The translations under genes and the position numbers were made by a program. A stretch of DNA of 64,000 bases, from the NCBI RefSeq assembly GCF_964188315.1, contig NC_135659.1, positions 75,268,001 through 75,332,000 on the forward strand, in the 5' to 3' direction. Of the stretch, positions 20,315 to 31,562 are shown in pieces. A model generated the notes under the pieces. That model saw nothing but the letters and a program-made list of their open reading frames with translations, had not been told where the DNA came from and made no database searches. The stretch is from Podarcis muralis (taxonomy: Eukaryota). Position 1 is the stretch's first letter. Every line of letters starts with the position of its first letter.

Positions 20315-21120
20315 GCGTGTTCTCCTTCATGGAGAGCACGTGTTGCAGTGGGGGCCGACAGGACACTCCAAAGTTGTGGGGCGGGCTAATGGATCGTTAG
20401 CCACTGATGCGATTGGGCTTCCCTTGTTGGGAAGAAGTTAATGTTGCCATTTGTTGATTGACAGCCAGAAATGCTAAAACTCCCTGCAAGAGGCATAGAG
20501 CTTCCTCTTTTCACCCCGTGCATCGGATTGCCCGCCCTCCCTATATTTAGGGTTGTTCACTTTGACCTTGCTATGCCTGTCATGGGGTCATCTGCTCTTG
20601 GGGCAGGGGCCCGGTAGGAATTTTGTCCATCTGGCTGATTGGCTGGGGCCATTTGGTTTTTTCCTACTGCATAGCAAATCATCACAACTTGTAAGGTTGC
20701 GGTTAAGCATTGTTTTATGGTTTGGTTGGTTGAGGGGCATGGAATGGCTGTGCCTGCCCCTCTAATGCTGCTGCTGCAAGGGATTCCGTTAAGGGAATAC
20801 AGGGGCTCACTATTGCTTTTGTGCACCCTGTCAAGGGGCTCAGGCCATGCAAGAGCCCCTGGTTGCATTTGGGAAGGGCTGAGGGCAGCTTCCCTGCTCC
20901 GTCGCTACCCCCAAGTGTATTCCCCTTTCTTACTTTTGCAGGTGTGCGGAATGTCAGTCTGTCCCCCACTGGGGGGCAGATAGTCACAATCAATGCCTAA
21001 GCAACCACTCACATTTTTGAATTTTAATAAAGTTGTGGCCAAAATTATGCCAAAAACCTTAAACAAAAATTTATGTGTGATGCGTGAGTTATTGGGGTGG
21101 CCCTGGGGACCTCGACACGC
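20315..21120 (+). mobile_element. ORF-less 806-bp YR-element unit (solo A-B repeat or non-autonomous derivative)
   Basis: The first ~35 nt match the 5' end of the big element. The last ~430 nt are homologous to its 3' end, about 85% by eye over the terminal 150 nt. Flanks are AAA and AA. Confidence 0.88.
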
Positions 21121-21295
21121 AATCAGAGGAGACATGTAGCATCTCCCCTTCTTGATTTGGAGGTGCAGCAATAGATTTCACCAAGAAAAGTATACAGGAC
21201 ACATTTAAAGCCCGCTGTTAGATCCATTTGTGATTCAATTGCAAAAAAAGAAAAAAGAAAAGAGAGAGAGCATTTACTGTGTTTATTGTTTTTTT

Positions 21296-21587
21296 TTTTT
21301 GTTGTTGTTGTTTAGTTGTTTAGTCGTGTCCGACTCTTCGTGACCCCATGGACCAGAGCACGCCAGGCACCTCTGTCCTCCACTACCTCCCGCAGTTTGG
21401 TCAAACTCATGCTGGTAACATCGAAAACACTATCCAACCATCTCGTCCTCTGTCTCCCCCTTCTCCTTGTGCCCTCCATCTTTCCCAGCATCAGTGTCTT
21501 CTCCAGGGAGTCTTCTCTTCTCATGAGGTGGCCAAAGTACTGGAGCCTCAGCTTCACGATCTGTCCTTCCAGTGAGCACTCAGAGCA
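21296..21587 (-). mobile_element. RTE-BovB LINE 3' fragment
   Basis: Translates LRLQYFGHLMRREDSLEKTLMLGKMEGTRRRGRQRTRWLD and has a (CAA)n tail. Confidence 0.92.
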
Positions 21588-21699
21588 ATGTTATCAATGC
21601 AGGTCAAGAATTGTTAAAAGCAAAGGTTGAGGATTGGGCCCACTGCATACACAGACCGATATCATTGTATAAAATACAGGTATATTTATCCAGTCTGTG

Positions 21700-21858
21700 A
21701 GCTGCTCTAGCTCAGTGGTAGAACATATGCTTTATATGTGAAAAGTTCCAAGTTCAATCCCTAGAATTTTCAGGTAACCCTAGAAAAGTCTCATTTCCAA
21801 AACCTTGGAGATCCATTGCCAGTCAGTGTTGACTTGAGAATACTGAGCTAGATAGATG
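21700..21858 (+). mobile_element. Old tRNA-derived SINE
   Basis: A box tagctcagtgg, B box gttcaatccc, and body tgccagtcagtgt..aatactgagctaga shared with 30520-30685 and 63465-63625. Confidence 0.7.
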
Positions 21859-21892
21859 TGTTGCCAAAGTTTATTCTCCATTTTGTTCTGAT

Positions 21893-22035
21893 CAGTGCTT
21901 TTTTTCTAAAAAAAAAGTTTAGTGGTACTCTCATTTTCCTACTTATATTGAAATACTGCCCCTCCATGGGGCCAAACTTAGGTTCACAAAATGTTTAGGG
22001 ATATGCGTATCCCTGCCCCTCCAAAAAAAGCAGTG
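21893..22035. mobile_element. hAT-type MITE
   Basis: Termini cagtgcttttttt / aaaaaaagcagtg with a perfect 8-bp TSD gttctgat. Confidence 0.88.
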
Positions 22036-23845
22036 GTTCTGATGCAGCATGAAATGGGATGTAGCCAGGAAATCTTGATCATAACAATTTGATAACAGCC
22101 TCCTTTGCTGAATTTATATGGTTTTGTTCCATTTGGAATGGTTTTGTGTGTTTTTAAATTTCAATGCTTTTTTCTTCTTTTAAAAAATAACAATATTTTT
22201 ATTGTTTTAACCCACCCTCTTATCTTACAGTAAGGGCAGGTAAGAAATTTTGTAATAAAAGTAATAAAAGTAATAAAAACAACAAGTAATAACAAGTAAT
22301 AAAAACATAGAATAAAAATAACAAGTAATAAAAACAAAGAATTTTTATTCACAATTTTCAAATATTTATCCACACTTTTCATTGTTTTGGGGGGCTCCTG
22401 TGATTTTGTTTGATATTCTCGCTACACAATCTTCCCACATAATATTCTCTTAATGCCCCCCCCCCCCAAGAGCTGGGTGCAGAGAAGCAGCCTGTTTTGT
22501 ACGTCACTCATGGAAATCATTTCAGTATTGCTCTTAAAAGAAATGTTGTTTAAGAAATAGGCCGAAATCTGATTGTACTAATACAACTTTTCCTCTATCA
22601 GTGCTCTTTGCAAGTCTACCTGAATTATATCATTGCAATCAAGGCCAAATTCTAAAATTGTAAAGGGTAGATTTAATAAAATTTCTCTTTCTCTTTCCCT
22701 TTCTCTTTCACTCTCTCTCTCACACACCCCTCAGCCCCTTGTCCTCACTCCCCAAAGAACTTTGTGATACTCTCTGGGGGGCATTTGAATAGCTCCAAAA
22801 TACTGTTGCAGTGCTCTTACAAATAGCATATTAATGGCCATTAGCAGACATTTCACTCCCATTCCATATTATAAGGCAGTGGATTGATAGACATCTGAAT
22901 GGGGTAATATAATTAATAGTTCCATACTGATGAATGATTCAGCCCAATCAAGGCATCATTCTGATTGAGGGAGAAAGGAAAATTAGGAAAATGGTTCTTC
23001 TGCAATCACCTCTCCCATTTTTTTATTTTTAAAAGTATGTTTCAGTTCTTATTTCATAGACATGAAGCTAGAACCTGAAAGGTTGAAATGCTTTATTCAG
23101 GGTAAACTGCTGTGCAATTGATTTGGAGTTTAGAATGATCAAAGCTGTGCTCGGGTTTATGGGAATGCTTCCAGAACATCCTAATCTCCTTTTCCTTTAT
23201 AGAATATACAGGGCTTGTGACTTTTATAGTGAGTCGAGATATTTCAGAATCAAATTTGTTAGTTTATCAAAGGACATGCAGCCACTTATTGGCAAAGACT
23301 ATAAATCAACGAACATGCATAATTAAAAGCCAGTTCATAGGAACAATGGCAGCTCTAGGTTTTGCGAGGCTGCCAGGCAAGATGTTATGAGTGGCCTTCT
23401 CCCTACAGCTCCCCACCTGTTCTCCCTCTGCCAGTCTCCAATGCTTCCCCAAGAAAAAGGAGTAGAGAAGTGAACAGGTAGTGGCACTGTTGTTTCTTCC
23501 TGCTCACTCTCATTGCTTGCAGGCATTCTCCCTTTGTACTAAATCAAGTGGGTGAGCAATGACAAAAGGAACAAGTCTAGGGGGCTGTGTCCAAAACCAC
23601 CAACCTCCTGGCCCTGCATATGAACGTATTGCTGTCTGAATTTTGAATATGTTGAAGCTATGTGGCAAGTGCTTTACTGATCATAATTTTGAGTTGACCT
23701 TAGGGCTGGGCATTCAGGTAAGAAATTTCTTGACCACATTGCCACATGTCAACTGCTGTGTGTGAAGCCACACAACCTATGTTCTTAGTTTATTAACTAA
23801 CTAGAATATCTGAATTGGCCTTTGATAAACATCTTAATATATATA

Positions 23846-24087
23846 CAGTGGTACCTCAGGTTACATACGCTTCAGGTTACAGACACTTCAGGTTACAGAC
23901 TCTGCTAACCCAGAAATAGTACCTCGGGTTAAGAACTTTGCTTCAGGATGAGAACAGAAATCGTGCTCCAGCAGTGCTGCAGCAGCAGGAAGCTCCATTA
24001 GCTAAAGTGGTGCTTCAAGTTAAGAACAGTTTCAGGTTAACCATGGACCTCCGGAACAAATTAAGTTCTTAACCCGAGATACCACTG
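23846..24087. mobile_element. Tc1/mariner (Tigger-like) MITE
   Basis: TIR cagtggtacctc / gagataccactg with TA flanks. Confidence 0.9.
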
Positions 24088-24490
24088 TAGTCTATATGGG
24101 TGGTTTTTTTTGGGGGGGGGGTGTTCCTAGTCATGGACAGCTAGACAGAGCTGTTTAAATGCTTCCCAAAAGGTCTTGAAGAGCAGAGCCTAGGGAACAA
24201 GGAACTCTTGAGTTTGTCTGACTAAACCCCATTTGTACAAAATAGTGCTGTGCAGATACTGAGCACAGGTGTACAGGCTATAAAATGAAAGCAAAGCTCT
24301 TAGGTCTGCTTCATTAAGAATCAAGGCCATAGTGTGTTGGGTGTAGACTAGGCCCTGTGGAACTGTTTTAACTAAGGTTAACTTTGGGTGCTCTTGGTAG
24401 GAAACAATTTATTTCAGTATCACAGTATAGAAGAAACTCAGGTTTTGGAAGTGGTTTTCCATGTGATGATATTAATGTAGGATATTATCG

Positions 24491-24697
24491 GTAGTGGCGC
24501 CCTCCCTGTGAAACGCCCTCCCACCAGATGTCAAAGAGAACAACAACTACCAGACTTTTAGAAGACATCTGAAGGCAGCCCTGTTTAGGGAAGCTTTTAA
24601 TGTTTGATGTAGTACAGTATTTTAATATTTTTTTTGGAAGCCGCCCAGAGTGGCTGGGGAAGCCCAGCCAGATGGGTGGGGTATAAATAATAAATAA

Positions 24698-24742
<45 letters not shown>
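24491..24742 (+). mobile_element. L2-type LINE 3' fragment
   Basis: Reverse-complement homolog of about 18350-18560, with an (ATT)n tail. Confidence 0.85.
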
Positions 24743-24744
<2 letters not shown>

Positions 24745-25338
24745 ATTATCACAATGGACTATAATGAAAAAAAGGACTGCTCTAGCAAATGGAAGACCCA
24801 TTGAAATCAAAAGTGAGATCTCAGTTGCCTGTAAATAAAAGTACTTGTTTTAGTATTCCACAGGTAAGTGAGGCACTGCTTCTTTACAGAAGACCAGTGT
24901 TTTATGGCTTCTCATGAGTGGCCAGGGAAGAACCCAAGGTTGACCACACGTGGCCCATGAAATTACTGACTTCACCAGGACTCACATTCCTGCACTTGGA
25001 AATATGAGTCTTGAAGGTCCAAAATGCTCGTCTCAAATATGAAGTAAGCACTGTGGCCCATGATTTGTCTCTATCTGAATATAGGTATCAGTTTGGTTTG
25101 ATTCATATATAAACTGAACTATTTTCTGATTAATTGGGGAAATAGCCCAGTTTATTTCCAAGCCAATCTACTTTGTGCTGGGATGAGCTTGCCCTTCCAT
25201 CAGGGAGGATGTTGCTTCATACATTGTCTTCACCTGCCTTAAGCAGCTGCTGCAGTTCAGTATTTGTTGCACTGGAATGCCGAAATAAATAGCATGGTAA
25301 GACTGCCGATTGAAAGAATAAAGAAACTTAAGGTTGAT

Positions 25339-25593
25339 GAAGAAGAAGAAGAAGAAGAGTTTGGATTTGATATCTCGCCTTTCACTCCCTTTAAGGAGTC
25401 TCAAAGCGGCTAACATTCTCCTTTCCCTTCCTCCCCCACAACAAACACTCTGTGAGGTGAGTGGGGCTGAGAGACTTCAAAGAAGTGTGACTAGCCCAAG
25501 GTCACCCAGCAGCTGCATGTGGAGGAGTGGAGACGCGAACCCAGTTCCCCAGATTACGAGACTACCGCTCTTAACCACTATACCACACTGGCT
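25339..25593 (-). mobile_element. tRNA-derived SINE (Squam3-like)
   Basis: Head agccagtgtggtatagtggttaagagc with B box gggttcg, and a (TTC)n tail. Confidence 0.88.
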
Positions 25594-27388
25594 TCAGGCA
25601 AACAAATCCATTGTAAGCACAAGCTTACAGGTGGCCATCATGGAGGCAATAGGTTAACATTAACACTAACTGACAAGCAGACAAAGTGAGAAGAAAGTAA
25701 AAGCTGGAGAAGTGAGAATCTGCAGGTGCTTACTCAAGAAGAGATCATAGGTTGCCTTTCTGTCTTCCACACCCCACTGTTTCAGGTAGCTTATTGCAAG
25801 TATTATTGCTTTACTCCCATCAACAAGAAGTTCCTAAACTTGTTGGGCTTGAGGCAAATCCATTAGTATTCCTGATGTTGCTGGACCACCACAGCTCCCA
25901 TAGTTCCTGGTCAATCGGCCTTGCTGGCTGGAGCTGATGGATGTTGGAGTCCAGCAACATCTTGAGGACCACAGCTTCCCCTTCCCTGTCCTAAACTAAC
26001 AGGTTGCTAACAAGGTCACATAATTCTTAACTTTCACCCGTTTCAAGCTCAGTGCAACCCACAACCCCTCCTTCTCAACCCCTAGGATGAAAAGAGGAAC
26101 CTTCATAGCAAGAATTTGAATGGAAACAAGATATATTGCTGTGGAGGAGGGAACAACTTAGGTGTCATGCCAGGGTGGGGGAAAGCTTGTCTAAAGCTTC
26201 CTTTCTTCCTCTGGATTGCTTCATATAGAACTCTGACCCTTACTCATCCTTTGACTGCTAGAGTTCACACAGTGAGATTCACTTGGGAGGTGGAAGTTGA
26301 AGAAGAGCTTTAAACTGGAAAATATCTCAAAGACCCAGCCTCAGGGCTGAAAATCATCTTAGGGGAAAATGTGGATAGGGGAAACCAAAGTTATTTTGAG
26401 TTTTCTATCTGAATTGAAGCCCCAAAGCCATGTAATATGCTTACCCAAGAGGTATCGCCTATAAATCTATTTACACAAAGGATTTCACTCCTTCTCCTTA
26501 TCTGAGGTCAGGTCTGCAGATCAGTGGCAGAGGAGAGCTGGAGACAGGAAGAAGAAGAAATATTGCCTGCTTAGTCAGCTGACTAGGTCCTGTCAACTGA
26601 TAATAATAATACACAATGTCAATGTTGCTGTAATTTGGAAATATGTGCTAAATTGCACTAACTGCTTGGTCTGGGTCTCAAGTTTCCCTTTCCCTTCATC
26701 TGATTTCCGTTCAGGGCTAGGACACCAGCTGTGGTGGGCCTCTTAAAACAGTTCAAGGCCACAGGCCTCTGGCATGACTCATCCACCCTCCCTTTCTCCA
26801 AAGAACGTGTGTATGTTCATTGGTGAGAATAAAGCCAAGGCTGCATTTAGCAGCAATGTGGGAGTAGTGGGTCATGAATTGTGGCGGTGGTGGATCTGTC
26901 TCCAAACATGGATCTCTCTGTATATTTGGATCTCTTCAGTTTAAACTCTAAGACCAGGTGACTATACTTTGTAACACAGCTTATTATGCACCAGCATCTC
27001 TTAACTTTAGGTATACAGTGTGCTTGAATTGCCTTGTGTCTTGAGGCAATGAAACACTTTACACTGAACAGTGTGAGCAAGGAGTTTTCTTCACCATCAA
27101 TTCTGGAAAGGCTGACAGAAGACTATGAAAGAAGACTATGAAGCTACAGCTGGTTGCACTGCTGTAGGTTTACTATCAAAATGCTACCAGTCAAGACTCT
27201 TAATCGCTCTCTTTTTATGGTTCATTTATCTTTAAACCAGACTTGGACTGAATAGCCCTCAAGTACAGGAGCCCTTCACATCCTGTCCTCTGTAAAATAT
27301 GATGCACCTGGTCATCCTAGCAGTGGGCTGATTGACACCAAAGGAAGGGGACAGTGACTACGAAGCAGTGACTGGAGAAAATGGACTC

Positions 27389-27612
27389 CAGTGATACCTC
27401 AGTTTACAAACTTAATTCGTTCCAGAAGTCTGTTCTTAAACCGAGGCATGCTTTCCCTAATGAGGCCTCCCACTGCTGGTGCCCTTCCACGTTTCGGCTT
27501 CCATTCTTAGACCGAGGTAAAGTTTGCAAACCAGGACACTACTTCCAGTTTTGCGGAGTTTGTAAACCAAATAGTTCTAAAACAGGACTGTTCTTAAACC
27601 GAGGTACCATTG
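27389..27612. mobile_element. Tc1/mariner MITE
   Basis: Termini cagtgatacctc / gaggtaccattg. Confidence 0.8.
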
Positions 27613-27960
27613 TTCTGGCTTGACTCAGAGAAGGTTCCCTATAAAACATCTTTCCCAAAGGCCCCAAAACATGGTTGGCACAGCAAGCAGGGCTTTTCTT
27701 AGGTTTCCTTCTTTTTAAGTCTTCTCCCTCTTACCTCCATTCATTCCCCTTGCTTTGAGTTCTCCCTATGCATAAGCTTCATTTATTTATTTACCTCATA
27801 GGATCTGCACACCATTTCATAATGGGGGAGGGGAAGCCTTCTAAGGGTTTGACATGCAAATGTGTGAACTAGTCATTAAAAACAAATATAAAGGCAGATT
27901 TTTTTAAACAAACAAACAGCAGAGGTAATAAAATTATCAAAATATAGAATGAAATAACAG

Positions 27961-27997
<37 letters not shown>

Positions 27998-29065
27998 ACA
28001 TAATAAAATCACATGTCTGGGAAGGCTTGTCTAAATAAAAAAAGGGTGCCTGCCTAATTGTAAGGCAAGGAGTTTCCTTAATCATGGAAATTTCTCACTA
28101 GGCCAAAAGAGGTGAAGAAGAGACCATCTATTACAACACTCACTTTTCACAGTGGCCAGACAGGTGCCTGTGAGAGTAAAGTATTTTATCTTATTTGCAA
28201 TATTTGCATACTTCTTTTCTAACATAATGGATTTGTAGACGTCTTTTCTGTTGATTTGTTCTTTTAAGAGCTGCAGCACACACAAAAACACCAAGTGTAC
28301 CAGGTTCACTACAACACTGGGAATAAGCACAAATACATACACACATTTTCTTATATGGGAAATGCCACCACTATGCATCCAGAAACACAATGACCAACTA
28401 GTGTGAAATTGTTGAAATTACCTCATAAATAACTCTTAATGCACAGATAACTAGGAGTTGCTGTAGCTCATAAGTGAATTATTCACTGCCATTATGGGGC
28501 ATTACACAGTGGTTGATAAGGGAAATCTCCATAGGAGATTTACTGAATGCAGTTTTTCTACAGACTTAATCCCTGGAAAATCAAGCTGCCATTTCTCTTT
28601 TGCTCTGTCCTGAAATGTTAAAGGGAAAACATTTCTGGAAGGTGGCATCAAGTCTCTTATTTCATGGTTGGGGAACTGTTTCTTGTGAAAACATGAAAGT
28701 ACCTAATGGACATTTAGAGGAACGTTGCACACATCCCTTTCTTTCTTTTGTTTCCTTTCTCCCACCGCTTTTCCCTTTTCTCCATTCTTCACAGATTCAG
28801 CCATTAAGCAACTTTCATGAACAGCATATATAATACATTAGGTAATCATTTCACTTTGTGCTGTGGAGTGTAATATAATCACCCACATAGTCCTCTAGGT
28901 ATTTAAAAATGATTGTTTCATAATTTCCTTTAATATCTTCCCACGTAGTCAAATCACCCTCATTGCTCCGTTATTCCCTGACTCGCCATTCTACTTGTAA
29001 AAAAAATAATGATGCTTGTTATTCTCCGGCCTGTTTGAACCTGCCAATGCTCTAGTTTTCCAGCA

Positions 29066-29125
29066 TAAGAACATAAGAAGAGTCCATTTAGTCTAACATC
29101 ATGTTCTCACAGAGAACAACCTAAA
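29066..29125 (-). mobile_element. Old CR1-like 3' end
   Basis: cataagaacataagaagag octamer-type tail, related to 44762-44955 and 52856-52925. Confidence 0.6.
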
Positions 29126-29309
29126 ATATAGTTTGTCCACTTACATTTCTTGCTCCTAGTTCTGGCCCATCACAGTTGACTTCTTGCGCAAAGACTAAGA
29201 TGAAGCAAGAAAACAAGGAGACTACCTCTTGTCCTACTGTACACTGCAAACCTACAGGGGGCATTTAAAGTATGTTGCATTGAAATGCATCTTAATAGGG
29301 AGTTGCTTT

Positions 29310-30488
29310 ATGTGACCAGGCGGCAACTGCCCCAGCCCCCAGGGACCACCAGAAATGAATAATGACTCATGACAGCATGTTATGGAATTAAAATTTGGCC
29401 ACAACTTTATTAAACTCTCAAATGTAGGAAGACCTTGGGTTTGGCATTGGGCGTGTATCCCTCCCAGCCCTGCAGCCAGGGGAACTGGGGCTCATCAGGG
29501 TAAATGGGATATGGGGGTGCTCTGCAAGATGTATGTGTATGCAGGCAGCTCACCCCATATCCCCTCACGCAGAGTAGTTCACTGATGTCAGCAAAGCTCA
29601 GATGCTGACAGGAGGAGAAGAAGCAGGCATAGGGAGAGGACAGTTAGCAGCAGAAAGCAGAGAGGAGGGGCAGAGCAGCTGTCATCTGAGCTCTGAACAA
29701 AGGGACAGACAGCTGTGTGAGAGCTCCAATAGTGAGACAGACGTTGGAATGCAGGAAACATTCTCTCCCAAATCTAGCAGGATTTCAAAAGTGGCAAAGA
29801 GAAGAGAAGGTGGGGCTTCCATGCTGGGGAAAGGGGAGGAGCTCAGTCCAGGCAACTCCATCTTCTGGGGAGGACGATGAGTAGAGGAGCTCTGTCCTAG
29901 TTTGTTGTTTTAGCAATAAATCTGAAATAATTACCAGCCAGAGTCGTCTCACATTTGTGAGAGAGACCAAGCCGTAACAACTGACCACCTTTCAGTGTAT
30001 GGTCAGTGACACCCATATTACCACCCTTTTAAGAGGGGACCCTGGAATCACTGCTGTGGGGGGGGGAGGGGGGAGTCACCACTTCACGTCTCCCTCTCCA
30101 TTATAGGGAAGAAAAGACTAAAGGATTCCATGCAAGGCCTTAAACTGCCAAAGTTGTGACGAATTGCTGTGGGGAAGACAAAACCTGCCAATGCAGGAAA
30201 ATTTCTTCCCGGCTCTTCAACAGCAACCAGTCGAAAGACTCTAGCAGTGCCCGCTAAACAGGAAAAAAAAGTTTAACCTGTAAACAAGAAAGGAGGTTTG
30301 GAGGGTGAAGCTCCTGAGCCGACCTGCCTGGCTACTGCTGGCTCCACCCCCTATTTATGCGACTGGCCCACCTCCCAGCAATGTAACTTGACTACTGAGG
30401 CTGGGCGTGAGCCTCCAAGGAATAACACTGAGAGGCAGGCCAGCCCACACAAACTGGTAAGTTCCCTGAGGTCCGAAGCATGTCACAC
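29310..30488 (-). mobile_element. Diverged ORF-less YR-element-like unit, interrupted by a solo LTR
   Basis: The minus strand has ccaatgccaa...acattt...ttaataaagttgtggccaaatt, shared with the 3' end of the big element. It has a TATA-like CATAAATAGG and termini GTGTGAC/GTCACAT. Confidence 0.6.
29586..29979 (+). mobile_element. Solo LTR (probably Gypsy-type)
   Basis: TGTCA...TAACA termini, a perfect 5-bp TSD actga (29581-85, 29980-84), and AATAAA at 29915-20. Confidence 0.85.
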
Positions 30489-30519
30489 AATCCCGCAAAG
30501 TGCACCCACAGTGTGAATG

Positions 30520-30685
30520 CTCATTATACCCAATCAGACCATCTAGCTCAGTATTGTCCACACTGACTGGCAGTGAGGCTCCAGGGTTGCACCAGGGACA
30601 TTTCCTGCCTTGCCTGGAGCAGCCAAGGATTGAATCTGGGACCTCTGCATCAAATAAGATGCTCTGCTACTGAGATATGAGGCTT
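30520..30685 (-). mobile_element. Old tRNA-derived SINE
   Basis: Reverse-complement homolog of 21700-21858. Confidence 0.7.
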
Positions 30686-30776
30686 CCTTATAATGAGAAC
30701 AACATGATGTGAGTCACATTGCTCTAATTATGGAAAGAGGACCTCTTATTAGGCCTTGTTCTTGCAGATGCTCCTG

Positions 30777-31047
30777 AAAGAAGAAGAAGAAGAGGAAGAA
30801 GAAGAGGAGGAGGAGTTTGGATTTGATATCCTGCTTTATCACTACCCCAAGGAGTCTCAAAGTGGCAAACATTTTCCTTTCCCTTCCTCCCCCACAACAA
30901 ACACTCTGTGAGATGAGTGAGGCTGAGAAACTTCAGAGAAGTGTGACTAGCCCAAGGTCACCCAGCAGCTGCATGTGGAAGAGTGGGAAGCGAACCCGGT
31001 TCACCAGATTACGAGTCCACTGCTCTTGACCACTACACCATGCTGGC
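30777..31047 (-). mobile_element. Squam3-like SINE
   Basis: Near-copy of 25339-25593. Confidence 0.88.
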
Positions 31048-31480
31048 CACAGCCTGACAGTCAGATAGTGTGCCTGGGAGGTTTTCATGGGAGGGGACAA
31101 AGTCCTCTGCCTAAGGGCACAGACCATTTTGATTCAAAGGCAGCTGTTACATGAGTTGATTGCATGCAGACTTTGTGTCTGGTGCTTGGAATATGCTGGT
31201 TAGCGAAAACTCCAGACCTGGAACAGAGATAGATGAGGTAAGATAAGATAAGATGTGAAGGTCAGCTTGTGTCATGCCTCACATTCCTGTACCAACCTTT
31301 GAATTTAAAAAAACAACTCACAAAGCTCCCTGTTGTTGATGGATTTTTAGAAACAAGTTTTATGTCCTGGCCCTCCCTAGCCAAGGAAGGCACACGTCTG
31401 ATAGTTAACTCTTTACTGATAATAATAAGCACTCACAGCAGCTCCCACAGTGCTCCAAATATGCACATGCTTCTTGCCTC

Positions 31481-31483
<3 letters not shown>

Positions 31484-31530
<47 letters not shown>

Positions 31531-31562
31531 TTATTTATACCCTGCCCATCTGGCTGGGCTTC
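31484..31562 (-). mobile_element. Very short L2 3' end with (AAT)n tail
   Basis: tttatttataccctgcccatctggctggg follows the AAT tract. Confidence 0.75.

Noticed and set aside
29311-30487. Ordinary solo LTR reading from TGTGAC...GTCACA
   Set aside because: No TSD, and it shares the YR-family 3' motif; kept as YR-like with moderate confidence.
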